This document shows, piece after piece, positions 24,688-36,429 of a DNA stretch of 64,000 bases; position 1 is the first letter of the stretch, and each line of letters opens with the position of its first letter. The notes under the pieces were generated by a model that saw only the letters and a program-made list of their open reading frames with translations, was not told where the DNA came from and searched no databases. Source of the DNA: Mantamonas sphyraenae STR306 (Eukaryota > Protista > CRuMs). The DNA lies in contig JAPMXV010000046.1 of assembly GCA_026936335.1 (NCBI GenBank), positions 374,743-438,742 of the forward strand. The letters are read 5' to 3'. The translations under genes and the position numbers were made by a program.

Positions 24688-24821
24688 GTCCGAATCTTCT
24701 GGAGAAAACGATGTGTCCGCGCGGGCTCATGGCCCACCCCTGGGTTTGCCATGCGTGGAGGAAGCCTGCCAGACCCACAACGAGGGTGTGCGTACACATG
24801 GCAAGCCCTGTGCGCATTTGA

Positions 24822-25679
24822 ATGCAACTCAAAACGGTGCAGACAAGCATGGACAGCGTCTCCTACGCCTCTATCGTTGGCTCGCTGTTGGTCAATCTTG
24901 CAGTGACTGCCACCGCCCTGCTGTCCACTGACTCCATCCGTGACATGCTGTTCCACCAACCATGGAGTGCCAGTTTGGCTGTGGATGTGCAACGGCTGTT
25001 GTTTGTGCCCTTGTTGCCACTGGGTTTTCTGGGCGTGTCTGTCGGTCTGGGCTCAGCCAACGACATCTCCAACGCCGTGGATCGCACCATGATGTTCTTT
25101 TTCCTGGGTGTGGTGGGTCTTCGTGCCAAGCAGTACAACGATGTGGGTGCACAGGTGTTTTCCGACCTGATCCTGATCGACATGGTGGTTTCCGCCGTCA
25201 TTCTCCTTCTCATCATGATCTTCACCATCATCAACTTTCTGCGCCTGCGCAAACTGCTCTACACCTTTGCTGGCTTCATGCTCGTGTACTATGCCCTGGC
25301 CTGTCTCGTGTACCCGCAGTTGTTTGTGCACCAGCTGCAAACACACGGCTTCTCACGCGACGCTGCCCAGCAATCCATGCGTCTCGTGTTTCCCACCATG
25401 TCTGTCCTCACCCTCCTTGTGTTCTATTACCTCACCGAAGCAGACGAGCAGATTGGCGTCGACGTCAACGGCCTGCTCATCACCGAGTGGGGCGCAGCCA
25501 CCCTCTTCTACGCATACTACCTGTACACACACCCGGGTCTCGTCCAGGACCTTGTCTACATCCCCGCCGTCACAGGCACCCTCTTTGTCCTCCATGTCCT
25601 CGTCTGGTTCCAGGGTACCTTTGCCGTGGTCACACAAAGTGCTGCGGAAGATGACGAGTCGTGGAAGAAGATCAACTGA
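24822..25679 (+). CDS. Uncharacterised multi-pass (~7-8 TM) membrane protein
   Basis: 285-aa ORF of successive hydrophobic helices with coding-like codon usage, filling the gap between neighbours. Exact start uncertain. Confidence 0.65.
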   Translation: MQLKTVQTSMDSVSYASIVGSLLVNLAVTATALLSTDSIRDMLFHQPWSASLAVDVQRLLFVPLLPLGFLGVSVGLGSANDISNAVDRTMMFFFLGVVGLRAKQYNDVGAQVFSDLILIDMVVSAVILLLIMIFTIINFLRLRKLLYTFAGFMLVYYALACLVYPQLFVHQLQTHGFSRDAAQQSMRLVFPTMSVLTLLVFYYLTEADEQIGVDVNGLLITEWGAATLFYAYYLYTHPGLVQDLVYIPAVTGTLFVLHVLVWFQGTFAVVTQSAAEDDESWKKIN

Positions 25680-25808
25680 AGCTCAAAAACACCGGCACAG
25701 CACCACAAAACCACACATTCACATCCACACACTCTTGTCACTGTTCAATGTTTCATTTGTCTCCATGTTGGGAGGGCGGGGTTGCTGGGGTTGCCGTTGC
25801 TTTTGCAT

Positions 25809-27558
25809 TCAGGCGCGTTGCGAGTCGTAGGTGTCGTTGGTGAGTGATCGGACGACGGCGTCGCTGACACCCGCGTCATACTCTGTCTCGATGGCAGCTG
25901 CATTGATCTGAAGCTGGTCCTGGTAGTCATTGACAGCGTACAGCAGGTGCTCAAACTCCTGCTGCTCCTCCTCCGTGGCGTCAAAGTAGGCGGGGGGTTC
26001 CCTGTCTGTGTCCCCAATCCCTCCTCCTGCTCCCCCTGGGCTGCGTGGACCGGCACTGACCACAGGTTCGTCCTCAGTGGCCTCTCCTACGCTGTTGGTG
26101 CCCTGGAGGGAGCCCATGCGAGAGAGTTCGTGGCTGGAAGAGGGCACGGCGACGGAGGTCAACTGCTGCAAGGCTGCTGGCTGCACACCCAGGACCTTTG
26201 TCACCACAAACTGGCGTTCGACCTTGCGCATGGGTGCGCGTGCTTGCAAGCTGCGAGGGTGGTACAGAGTGGCCACGGGCGAAGGTGCCGTCCAGTCGGA
26301 GGGCACCACCTGAGCACGCACCACCTCGCAGGCCTCGCTGACCACATACAACTGGCGAGAGTGCCATGCATACTGCAGAAGACGCCGCTTCACCGTGTCT
26401 GTGCTATCCACCAGCCCCGTCTGTTCAAACTTGATCACTGGCGGTGCCTGTTCAACGGGTTTGAGGGTGAGCAGGGACAGCAGCATGAGTTTGCCCGTGT
26501 CCAGGAACAGAGCCAGCAGTGGGTGGGAACGGAAGCGCACCAACAGAGTGGTGTGCACATCCACGTCCACAATGTCTGTGCGTTGCAACGCAATGTGGTC
26601 TGGGATGGTGTACACTCGCACGGCATGGCCCTTGCAGACAGCCACCAGGAAGCGTGTGCCCAACTCACTGCTGGCCTCTCCACGACGCTGCGACTCTCCT
26701 TGCATCTCCTCATTCGAGTCCCTGTCCTGCAACACCTTGTCCCCGGGCAGAGTGGCCACACCATCTGCGGTGGTGCTGCCGGAGGATGTCGCGGATGTCG
26801 CGGATGTCGAGGATGTCGAGGATGAGGATGCGTGGATGTCTTTTGTCTCGTTGTCGCTGTCAGAGGCACGGGTGAACGCTGTGCCACGGCCATAGTCAAA
26901 GACGGCGCGTGTGTCTGTACCCACAGCCTCGCCTAGGGTGGAGCGCCCCTTGGTGACACGCGGGTGCCAAACATGCGGATGGGACGACACGGGCTCGCCA
27001 CATTCGTCCAGCACGTAGAGGTTGGTGACGGGAGAACCCTTGCGTGGACGGAAACTGGCAGCCACGACGGCGTCGTCCATGTTGATGGCAGCCACTGTGC
27101 CGTCCTGGCACCCGACGTAGAGGAGGGCAGGGTCGTCCGTGTGCAAGTTGTTGACATCGTCGCAGACAGTCATGCACAGCACGGGGTTGGCACTGCTGGA
27201 CTCGTACACCTTGTCGAAGAAGTGCAGGTGGGCACCGACGTCGGTGACACCCTCTGCAGCCATGTCCAGGACAGAGACATGGCCCACACTGTCACCCACA
27301 CAGAATTTGCGTACGGTGAAGCCATAGGCAAAGGCCAGAGTGGTCACTGCCCCCTCGTGGTGCTTCATCGTCTGTAGCACGGAAAAGCGAGAGTCCACAA
27401 GACTGAGCAACATCACCCAACCGTTGGCATAGCCCACCAGCAGCTGCGATGTGAATGCTTGGAATGCCACAGCCGTGATGCAAGGGTATCCCTCCTTGTC
27501 TGTGTTGGATGTGTCGGATGGGCTGTCGTTGCCGTTGTCGGTGGTGGTGGTGGAGGAG

Positions 27559-27599
<41 letters not shown>

Positions 27600-29400
27600 G
27601 TCTGCAGAGGGTGAAGAGCTGCTGGTTGGTGTAAAGCCCTCGACCGCATCTAGCCATTCGTGGGCGTTGCCTGTCTGCAAGAGGACGAGTCCCTGGTCCG
27701 AGTGGGCCCAGAAGCAAATGGTGCCGTCTTTGCCTGCAGTGACAGAGAGCGTGCACGTTTCCTGTCCCAAGGAAGCCGGTTTGCCGCCGCGCACAATGTG
27801 TGTGAGCTCCTGGGTCACGGAGGAGCCATCGACGGCTTCGACCTGGTCGAGGAGACGCAGCATGTCCACAGGCTGACGTTCGTACACTTGAAAGGCGACG
27901 ATGGGGCTGGATTGGAGGGTGGGTGGGAGGACGAGTGGATGGAGGCGAGCACGCGGGTCGTTGATGGTGATTTCGTCGTTGGTGCCCAAGACAATAAAGG
28001 ATTCCGGGTAGCGATGGTCATACTCCCACAGGGTGTCTGCGTAGGTGGGCAAGGCACAGCGCACGTCGTTGTGGTACGGGGTAAACACACGTGTGGCCAG
28101 GCGAGGTCCGTTGAGTTCCGTGATGCCATTGTGGCCCGAGGTGAGGGAACCACCCACCACAAAGACATGGCCCAGGGAACATTGGGTAATGTCCACGTCG
28201 CCATCGTAGTCAAAGTGACCCACCCACCACATCTGCGTGATGGGACGGCGAGGCCCACGTTCGCGAGTGCAAAAGGTGCGCAGCAGAGGCGACAGAGGGA
28301 ACTTGGGATGCCACAGCATGATCTCACCACTGTCGTAGCCACAGGCAAAGGCACGTCCACTCGTGTGCCAAGCGGCGTCCACAACGGCCGAGCCGTTGAC
28401 CGGCGGCTCGTACTCCTCCTGCACTGCGTTGTCGTCTATGTCCCACAGCACGCAGCGGCCATTGGAGAACCCAATGAGCAGTTGGGCGTCGTTGTCGGGC
28501 CTGCGACGGATGCAGGTGACGGCAGGCACGTCTGTGCGGTTGTGTGCAAACACCTTGCGGTGGTCGATCGAGTTGCGGGTGATGCACTGCCGCTCCAGTT
28601 CAAAGAACTTGACGTTGCACAGCTCCGTGCCGATAAATATGTACTTGGAGTCGACGGGGCATTCGATAGACGTCACCCTGTGGGATGTGTGTGCGCGTCC
28701 GCGGGGCCGTCAACGGTGTGAGCGAGGTGATGGGAAGACGTTGACGCTGAGGGCGAGTTTGTGGAATTGTGCCAGACGCACCTTTCCGTGACATCGCCCG
28801 CGTAGATGTCTGTGCCCTGCTGATAGTCCCACAGATTGACCACGCTGTTCTTGCTCACAGAGATGAGGATGCCCTGAGGAGCGGGGAAAGCGAGTGTGGG
28901 GCAGGAGGGCGTCCAGGGAAGGCGTGGACGACCAGAGCGTGTTGGGAGGGGACCGGGGTCAGGTGAACGGGAACAGCGGTTGTGGGCATGGGCTGTGTCG
29001 CTAAAGGAGATTGGGCAACACGTACGGTGTTGATAATGAAGCGGAGCATGGTAACGGGTGTGCTGATGCCTGTCTCGATGGCATACTCGACGCCTTCGCG
29101 GCCAAAGAGTTTGATCTCGCCGTGGCGAGTGCCCACAGCAAGCAGACGCTGCACAGGATCAAAGTCCATGCAGATGCAATCGCGTGGGATGCCATGGTGG
29201 GCAGCCTATGCGTGGTGGGGTGTAAAGGGGGGGGGGGGGGGGGGGGTGGAGGGATGGTGAGCACAGAAGTTCACAACGCGCGTGGTCTCGTGTTCACCTA
29301 CACGCAGCAATTGCATGGCAAAGTCACCCTTGTTGTCTGCCATGGGATCGTAGAGACGATCACTGCGCATTTTGGCCTTGATCGACTTGAAAAAGGTCAT
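25809..29400 (-). CDS. Lgl/tomosyn/Sro7-family WD40 protein; no C-terminal R-SNARE seen
   Basis: Exon 1 29400-29302 plus about three introns. HHGIPRDCICMDFDPVQRLLAVGTRHGEIKLFGREGVE matches the Lgl/tomosyn N-terminus. Also QLLIGFSNGRCVLWD, AWHTSGRAFACGYDSGEIMLW, VTAGKDGTICFW. Confidence 0.75.
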
Positions 29401-29475
29401 GGTGAAAAGGGGGGAAATTTGTTTGGCTGCACCAGAGGTGCGCACACACTCACACACATGTTGCGCGGCGTTGTT

Positions 29476-31347
29476 TCACTCAAACACATCGCCGTAGTGG
29501 AGGACGAGGTTTTTGAACAGCTGGCTTTCCATACGGAGAGTGGGGCAGAAGACAATGGCGAGGTTGCTGACCTTCATCTTGTTGACCTTGTGCTCTGCCT
29601 CGATGTAGGAGAGCATGCTGAAAAGCCACTGGGCAACGGCGTAGTTGGGCGGTGGGAGGAGACGTGTGACATAGCGCATGGCGTTGAGGCCCTCCTCCGA
29701 GTCGTAGTCGAGCTCCTCGTAGATATAATCACGGGTGACGGCGTCGGGCAACAGCTTGCTGGGCAACTCACGGAAGTAGAGCTTCAAGAGACCAGCAGTG
29801 ACATTCACATCGGGTTTCTCCTGATCAAAGTCGATGGCATCCCCGGCGTCGTAGCGTCGACGGTATTCCTGGATTTGGGCGTTGTCTCCGGACAGGCGGA
29901 AGATGCCTTCTTCAGTGATGCCATGCTCCTGGATGTAGGATATGCACTGGCGGACGACGGATGGGAGGACGCCCTGGTAGGGGTCTGTGAGGATGGCAGC
30001 GTCCTCGAGTGGGATACCAAACAGCCGGGACCGCTGGTTGACATAGTCATCGTTGGCAAAGTACATGGCATCGCCTTGGTTGCCATTGTTGCCACTGTCG
30101 TCATCTCCACCACCGCCGTCTCCTCCTTCCTCCCTGCGTTTCTGCTTGAGTTCCGCTAGACGGTGGCCCATGGATTGGCCCTTTTCCTTTGCCCTTGCTT
30201 TGAGTGCTGCAAAGCGACTGGCCCCACCACTGGAGTTCATGTCCTGGTCCTCCTCCGCGTCTGCACTCGGGTCTGTGTGCAAGCCCATGTCCCCCTGCTG
30301 GTGCTGCTGCTGTTGCTGCTGCTGAACACCATCATGCTCATCAGTGCCGTCAGCAGCATCGTTGGGGTGTTGGTGGTCCTGGCCATCGTTGCTTCCATGT
30401 GCACCCTCTTCCTGGTTTCGTTTCTGTTTCAGTTCCGCCAGACGATGGCCCATGGATTGTCCCTTTTCCTTGGCCCTCGCCTTGAGGGCAGCAAAGCGAC
30501 TGCCTCCCGCACCACCACCTGAGCTTGTATCCTGATCATCATCGTCGCCATCGCCTGTGTCATCCTCGCCCAGATCGATGTTTGTCATGTCGCCGTCCTG
30601 TGTGTCTTGGCCGCCGCCCCCGCCGCGGGTTGCCAGTTTGCGGTTGAGGGCGCCGACAAGGGAGCGGTTGGTGCTGCTGCTGCTTTGGTTGTGGGAGGCC
30701 CCCGACGCGCCTGTGTTGTGTTTCTTGGAGGAGAAGGAGTCCTGTGGGGTGGGCACGGGTCGTTCGGGCACACGCATGGCTGTGTCGGCCAGGTCGGCGT
30801 CGTTGTTGGAGACGGAGCGAGCCAAAGGGGTCTTCTTCTTGGGCGACGGCAAGGCCTTTTTAGGGGGACCCGATGCCACGGAATGGCTGTAGGATCGGCC
30901 ACCACCGTTGGGGGACGACGATGCCTGTGTGTCTGTGTTGCTGTTGCCATTGTCCTGTGCTTTGGTCTGGAACGCTTGCATGCGGTCGCTGAGGCTGCTC
31001 GAACCGGCGTTGGCCTTGGGACGATTCTTGCGAGGCGGCGGCGTGGGCGGCGGGCCTTCGGGTTCCTCCAAGGACGGGGAGCGATGGAGGGAAGGGGAAC
31101 TGGACTGAGAGGATGTGTTTGTGTTGTTGTTCCTGCTGCTGTAACTTGTGTTGTGGTTGCCGGTGTTGGTGCTGGTGCTGTTTGCCGTGCTCGTGGACCA
31201 GGGTGAGGGACGTGCAGGCTTGGCTGGGGGTTTGCTCTTGGGCTTGCTGCCACTGCCGCCAGTGTTGGACTGCGACAGGTTTTGCTGCTCAAAGCGGGCC
31301 CTTAGGTCGCTGATGGACTGTTGCTTGCCCGCACCAGAGTTGCTCAT
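29476..31347 (-). CDS. RhoGAP-domain protein with a long disordered N-terminus
   Basis: LFGIPLE..PSVVRQCISYIQEHGITEEGIFRLSG (arginine finger)..AGLLKLYFRELP..LPPPNY..NKMKVSNLAIVFCPTL. Start at MSNSGAGK inferred. Confidence 0.85.
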   Translation of the reverse strand: MSNSGAGKQQSISDLRARFEQQNLSQSNTGGSGSKPKSKPPAKPARPSPWSTSTANSTSTNTGNHNTSYSSRNNNTNTSSQSSSPSLHRSPSLEEPEGPPPTPPPRKNRPKANAGSSSLSDRMQAFQTKAQDNGNSNTDTQASSSPNGGGRSYSHSVASGPPKKALPSPKKKTPLARSVSNNDADLADTAMRVPERPVPTPQDSFSSKKHNTGASGASHNQSSSSTNRSLVGALNRKLATRGGGGGQDTQDGDMTNIDLGEDDTGDGDDDDQDTSSGGGAGGSRFAALKARAKEKGQSMGHRLAELKQKRNQEEGAHGSNDGQDHQHPNDAADGTDEHDGVQQQQQQQHQQGDMGLHTDPSADAEEDQDMNSSGGASRFAALKARAKEKGQSMGHRLAELKQKRREEGGDGGGGDDDSGNNGNQGDAMYFANDDYVNQRSRLFGIPLEDAAILTDPYQGVLPSVVRQCISYIQEHGITEEGIFRLSGDNAQIQEYRRRYDAGDAIDFDQEKPDVNVTAGLLKLYFRELPSKLLPDAVTRDYIYEELDYDSEEGLNAMRYVTRLLPPPNYAVAQWLFSMLSYIEAEHKVNKMKVSNLAIVFCPTLRMESQLFKNLVLHYGDVFE

Positions 31348-31420
31348 GGGGCGGGGGCGGTGGGGTTGTTGTTTGGTGCTGCCGACGTGGGGCCAACCAA
31401 AACTCCTTGTTTGTTTCGCC

Positions 31421-32653
31421 ATGGCTGTGCCTACGTTTCTGGAAGGACTGTCTGTGGGTGCATCGGCATCGTTGGCCACGTTTATGACGTCATTGGCGAG
31501 TCTGGCATGTCTTGCCCTGCTGCCCATCACGGGACGCAACGCAGCACGGGTGCGTTCGCACTGGTTGCTGTCCGTGTTGATGGGCTTTGCATGCGGTGGC
31601 ATGCTGGGCGATGCCTTTTTGCATTTGATTCCGCATGCGTTTGATCCGCACGATCACCATGGACATGGGCATGACGGTGGGGCGCATCCTCACGGGGAGC
31701 ACCACCACCACCACGATCACCACCACGATCACCACCACGAACACAAGCATGATCATGACCACGGACATGAGCACAAGCATGAGGAGCATCATCACCATCA
31801 TCACCACCATGATCATGGGCATGATCATGGGCATGATCATGGGCACGACCATTCGGCCGGGTTGCAAATTGGCCTGTTGATCCTGGCTGGCATCCTTTTC
31901 TTCCTGCTGGTTGAGAAGCTGGTGCAGTGGATGACGCGCAACACGGGCCATTCGCACGCACACGGGCATGCACACGGCCACAGCCACGGCGCCGTGCACA
32001 AGAAGGAGAAGGAGGAGGAGGAACAAGAAGACGTCGACGCCAAGGGAGGGTCGACGGGCGCCGAAACGCTGCGTCAACGCAAGGGAGCCCAGGGCAAGAA
32101 GGAGGCCAAGGGCAACACAGGCAAGAAGCAAGGCAAACAGAGCGAGACATCGACATCGCAGGAGGAGGAGGATGAGAAGGCGGCGGCATTGCCTCTGTTG
32201 CAACGTGTGCGTCCTGCAGCGTGGTTGAACCTGGTGGCCGATGGGATCCACAACATTTCGGACGGGGTGGCTGTGGCTGCGGCGTTTCTTGTGTCGCCGC
32301 AGGTGGGATGGACCACTGCAGTGGCCGTGTTCTTCCATGAACTGCCACAGGAGCTGGCTGACTATGTGGTGCTCATCCGCAACGGGTTCACCCCCACCGA
32401 GGCTCTGGTAGTCAACTTTCTCATTGCACTGGCTGCCATGCTGGGCAATGTGGCCGTGTGGGCCATTGGAACGTGGGTGGCTGATTCCGTGTCCCTGGTA
32501 CTGCCCTTTGCGGCAGGCGGCTTCATCTACATTGCCCTCGTCGACCTGGTCCCGGACCTCTTGGCCAGCAGCACAGCCCTGGACATGATCACCCAGTTTG
32601 TTGGGTTGTTGCTGGGCATTGGTGTGTCGTATGTGATTGCACTGTACGAGTAA
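31421..32653 (+). CDS. ZIP (SLC39, LIV-1/ZIP7/IAR1-like) zinc transporter with His-rich loops
   Basis: GFACGGMLGDAFLHLIPHAF, long His tract, WLNLVADGIHNISDG, FFHELPQELADY, PFAAGGFIYIALVDLVPDL. Confidence 0.9.
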   Translation: MAVPTFLEGLSVGASASLATFMTSLASLACLALLPITGRNAARVRSHWLLSVLMGFACGGMLGDAFLHLIPHAFDPHDHHGHGHDGGAHPHGEHHHHHDHHHDHHHEHKHDHDHGHEHKHEEHHHHHHHHDHGHDHGHDHGHDHSAGLQIGLLILAGILFFLLVEKLVQWMTRNTGHSHAHGHAHGHSHGAVHKKEKEEEEQEDVDAKGGSTGAETLRQRKGAQGKKEAKGNTGKKQGKQSETSTSQEEEDEKAAALPLLQRVRPAAWLNLVADGIHNISDGVAVAAAFLVSPQVGWTTAVAVFFHELPQELADYVVLIRNGFTPTEALVVNFLIALAAMLGNVAVWAIGTWVADSVSLVLPFAAGGFIYIALVDLVPDLLASSTALDMITQFVGLLLGIGVSYVIALYE

Positions 32654-32720
32654 AGAGGGAGAAAGTGTGTGTGTGTGTGTGCGCAGGCGAGGGCACGCAA
32701 AGTGATCGACACACACAAGC

Positions 32721-34199
32721 ATGGACGTGCAAGGAGACATTGAATACATTGTGGATTCTGGCGACGACCAGAAGGACAGGACCGATGCCTACAAGGTGCT
32801 TGTGGAGAAGATCTTTGAGAATGGAGAGATGGACGACTTTGTGACGTTTGTGAACCACAGTACGTTGTGGAGGAAAGTGAGATTGCACAAAACAAACAAG
32901 AGTCAGGGAGGGGGTCTTGCTCACACTGTGGCGGCTGCGTGGTGTGTTTGGATGTGCGTGTGTGAACTCACCCACACAGTGCTGGCGGAGGAGGAGATGC
33001 CGCTGGTGATTGCACGCCAGGTGTTTCTTCACTTTGCCAACCACATGGTGAGCCTGAATCCGGGTCTGCAAATGGAGGTAGGTGGCGACAGGGAGGGTCG
33101 GGAGCTTGACGGAAGAGGAAGAAACAAGGGTGCTGACGCGTCGTGAATTCCACAGGTCGGCAACTACACGCTGGATCGGGTGAGCAACAGGGCAATCAGC
33201 TTTGAGGAGCCCGTGGCCATTATCCGAGAGCATTTGGGCACGCTGCTGGAGAGCGAGGGCAACTACGAAGAGGCAGCTCAGATGCTGGCGCTGATCCCGC
33301 TGGAATCGGGAGTGCGGTGAGTTTTCCCTCTCTCTCTTTGCGTCGAAGAAGTTGTGTGTGCGCTTAGGAGAGGCTTACAGGGGATGAACACACACACCAT
33401 GCACACCATGCACATGTACATACATACGCACAGGGTGTTGGATGCCAACTACAAGATCCGCATGAACGTGACGATCGCAAACCTGTACTTGAAGCAGGCA
33501 AACCCAAAGGCGGCGGAGCTGTACATCAACAAGGCGGCAGGGCTGCTTCCGGAGAAGCACGAGCGCAAGTGGAGCCTGGAGTACAAGGCAGCGTACACAA
33601 AGATCCAAGACTACAACCAACGGTACATTGAGGCGTCGCGCAACTACTACAGCCTGGCACAGGAGAAGGATCTGGTCGCCAGCCAGGAGCAGTTCCTGAA
33701 GAGTGCGGTGGTGTCGGGCATTCTGGCGCCTGCTGGGCCGCAGCGTTCGCGCATGTTGGCTCTGCTGTACAAGTTTGAAGCCACACAGAACCTGGACAAG
33801 GAGCTTGTGGACATGCTGGAGAACATGTACCTGGGTCGCATCCTGCGCTCGCCCGCCGTGGAGCAGTTCCGCGGCCATCTGGAAGAGTACCAGAGCAACA
33901 CAGACAGCAACGGAACCACAGATCTGGAGCGAGCGGTCATTGAACACAACTTGCTGTCGTGTGCCTCGCTGTACTGCAACATTTCGTTTTCGGAGCTGGG
34001 CAAGCTGCTGGGCATCGAGCCCATGGTGGCTGAGGACATTGCAGCACGCATGATTGGAGAGTCTCGTATGACGGCCACCATCGACCAGATTGATGAGCTG
34101 CTGGTGTTTGAGAACGACGAGCAGCTGAGCGAGTGGGACACGGTTATTGCCGAGCTGTGCCAGAGCGTGGATGATGTCTACGAGACGATTCATGGGTGA
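32721..34199 (+). CDS. COPS4: COP9 signalosome subunit 4 (PCI domain)
   Basis: Introns 32860-32979, 33078-33155, 33317-33433. RAISFEE..IREHL, IPLESGVR, AELYINKA, ILAPAGPQRSRMLALLYK, LERAVIEHNLLS..LYCNISFSELGKLL, IDQID. Confidence 0.9.
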
Positions 34200-34284
34200 G
34201 GGATGAATCGAGTGTTGCAAATACAGCGGTTTGATGATGAGTGTGGTGCAACATATTGATACAAACGGCGGTTTGTTGGATCGA

Positions 34285-36429
34285 TCAAACGAAGCGGAAG
34301 TTGTTGGTGGCGAGGAGGACGTCTTGCGAAATGTGCACGGCAATGAGGAGGACAGCGACCATGTAGCGTCTGTCGCGAAGGGAAAAGGCGCCGATGCCAA
34401 ACAGATCCAAAGAGTAGAATTGACGGGCAGCCACCCAAAAGGCGGTGGTGACGACCCAGTCGACAACAAGGACAATGAGCAGGAACTGTACAATCAGAGC
34501 ATAGCGAGCATCGTCCATGGCGTCGTAGGAGTAGGAGAACGCGATGGCGTTGTAGGAAAAGCGGAGGACGAGGGCGGTTGCAACAGTGCACACGGCACTG
34601 AAGCGCTGTGCCATGGCAAAGTAGTAGTATCGATGCAAGGTGCTGGTCCTGTGCTTGAGCAGACGCGTTTCCATGTCTGCGAGGTTGCCATTTTCCTTGT
34701 CGGGGATGCCAGAGTCGTGGTCGACGCTATCTGTGATGGCGTTGATGATGACGCTGACAATGCCACGTTGGGAATCGGCGACGCGGATGAGCCACTGCTG
34801 GAGAGGGTACTCGACGTTGAGGAATGTCCATCGCCACGTACGGACCCAGTAGAGGACGAGGGTGCCAGCAAACTCGACGCCGAGCAGGATCCAAAAGGCG
34901 TTGAAATCGCGCAACCCCAGGTAGAGAGAGCGAAAGTAGAGACTTTGAAAGAGACGCCCCACCCAGAAACCCATGTACTGCATGTATAGTCTGTTTGTGA
35001 CATGGTTCTGTTCGCGGGAGAGCTTGAAGAGCAAGCCTCGGATTTCGTCGTGTTGGCTGTCGAGGCGTTTGCCCACAAAGGTGAGCATGGCTTTGAAGGG
35101 CACAAGCATGACGGGAAACAGGGCAGACGCCACGAGTTGGTCTGCCTGGTGGGTCAAGCTGATGAAGTAGAAGCTGTACACGAGGCAGAAGATGTACGTG
35201 GTGATGGTGGCACAGGCAAAGGCAACGAGTTGCCAATAGATGCGCATGGGTGCACCCACAACCTCGCGCATCTGTTCAATGCTTCGCCTGCGGGACATCT
35301 CCTCCACACCGAGAGTGACGAGCTCTGCGTTGATTCCGCTTGCAAACGACGTCCCGCGTGCCAGAGCACGCATCTGCTCGTGGCCCATGCTTACAGGACG
35401 CTCGGTGGGTGCAGCTGGTAGGGTCAGAGCCCTTGCGCGTCCGGGAGAGCCTGGCGCTGTCTGGTGGGCAATGCGGGGACTTTCGCGGGCTCCGGGGGGA
35501 TTCTTGGTGGTTAAAGCGGAGGTCGTCCTTTCCGTCGCAGAGCTGCGCTTCATGTCGGGTAGGATCAGGCGAGCAGACTCTGCGTGGTCCGATGTGTCGG
35601 CTGCGGGCTCGTCGCTGTCGTCACTGTCGCGTGTGGCCACAGACGAAGTCTCGGATGAGCGAGGCGAGGCGCGGCGGGATTGGTGGCGCTCAAAGCGGTC
35701 GACAGCCGTGTCCAGCTGGCGTTGCATGTGACGCGCCTGAATGTACATAACACCAAAGATGACCATGGCGCCAGGGCTGACTGCAAACGGGAGGGCCCAG
35801 CGGAAGTACTGGGGATCTGTGTGAAAGACCTCCAGGCTGGCGACGTCAAAAACGGTGCCCAGGGCCGCAGCAACAAGCACAAGCGCAATGTTGATACGAA
35901 GTGGGGGCGCAGGAAGGTAGAGGGAGAAGAGGACGACGCCAAAGGTGGCGGCGACGAGAAAGTACACCGTGTGGAAGGCAAACACAAAAAGGGTCGCATT
36001 CTGGTTGCCCGTTTCGGGCGAACCGTCGACATCCAGACGCAGCGGGATGAGAGCAAAGACAAGCAGCAGGGCAGCAGGCAGAAAGACAATCAGTTGGGAG
36101 TTGAGCGTTTCTGGCAGGAGGCCACGGCGTGCGGTGAGGGATTCCTGGTCCTCGCAGGGATTTGGCGGCTGGTCGGCGTTTTTTGGTCCAGAAGCAGTGG
36201 TGGCTTCGACCACTTTGGAGAGTTTGCGTGCACGCGTTTCCTTGATGGGGACGAGGGGTGAACCACGTGTTTGGTAGGCATCGGACATGCTGCGGTCACG
36301 ACGTGGCGTGGGCGGTGTTTGCTGGGCCTCGGTGATGGGTTCCAGCGGGGGGAGGTTTTGCAAGGCAGCAGGCCCAGCTCTCGCTCGCGAACCCGAGCGG
36401 CCCTGGTGGGTGGGCAGGATCGGATTCAT
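34285..36429 (-). CDS. Uncharacterised ~11-TM membrane protein, paralogue B
   Basis: 714-aa intronless ORF. Shares FVFAFH, FRWxxPFxVxP, YWQLVxFA, WVGRLFQSLYFR, AMAQRFS and HISQDVLLATN with 14553-17136. Confidence 0.8.
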   Translation of the reverse strand: MNPILPTHQGRSGSRARAGPAALQNLPPLEPITEAQQTPPTPRRDRSMSDAYQTRGSPLVPIKETRARKLSKVVEATTASGPKNADQPPNPCEDQESLTARRGLLPETLNSQLIVFLPAALLLVFALIPLRLDVDGSPETGNQNATLFVFAFHTVYFLVAATFGVVLFSLYLPAPPLRINIALVLVAAALGTVFDVASLEVFHTDPQYFRWALPFAVSPGAMVIFGVMYIQARHMQRQLDTAVDRFERHQSRRASPRSSETSSVATRDSDDSDEPAADTSDHAESARLILPDMKRSSATERTTSALTTKNPPGARESPRIAHQTAPGSPGRARALTLPAAPTERPVSMGHEQMRALARGTSFASGINAELVTLGVEEMSRRRSIEQMREVVGAPMRIYWQLVAFACATITTYIFCLVYSFYFISLTHQADQLVASALFPVMLVPFKAMLTFVGKRLDSQHDEIRGLLFKLSREQNHVTNRLYMQYMGFWVGRLFQSLYFRSLYLGLRDFNAFWILLGVEFAGTLVLYWVRTWRWTFLNVEYPLQQWLIRVADSQRGIVSVIINAITDSVDHDSGIPDKENGNLADMETRLLKHRTSTLHRYYYFAMAQRFSAVCTVATALVLRFSYNAIAFSYSYDAMDDARYALIVQFLLIVLVVDWVVTTAFWVAARQFYSLDLFGIGAFSLRDRRYMVAVLLIAVHISQDVLLATNNFRFV

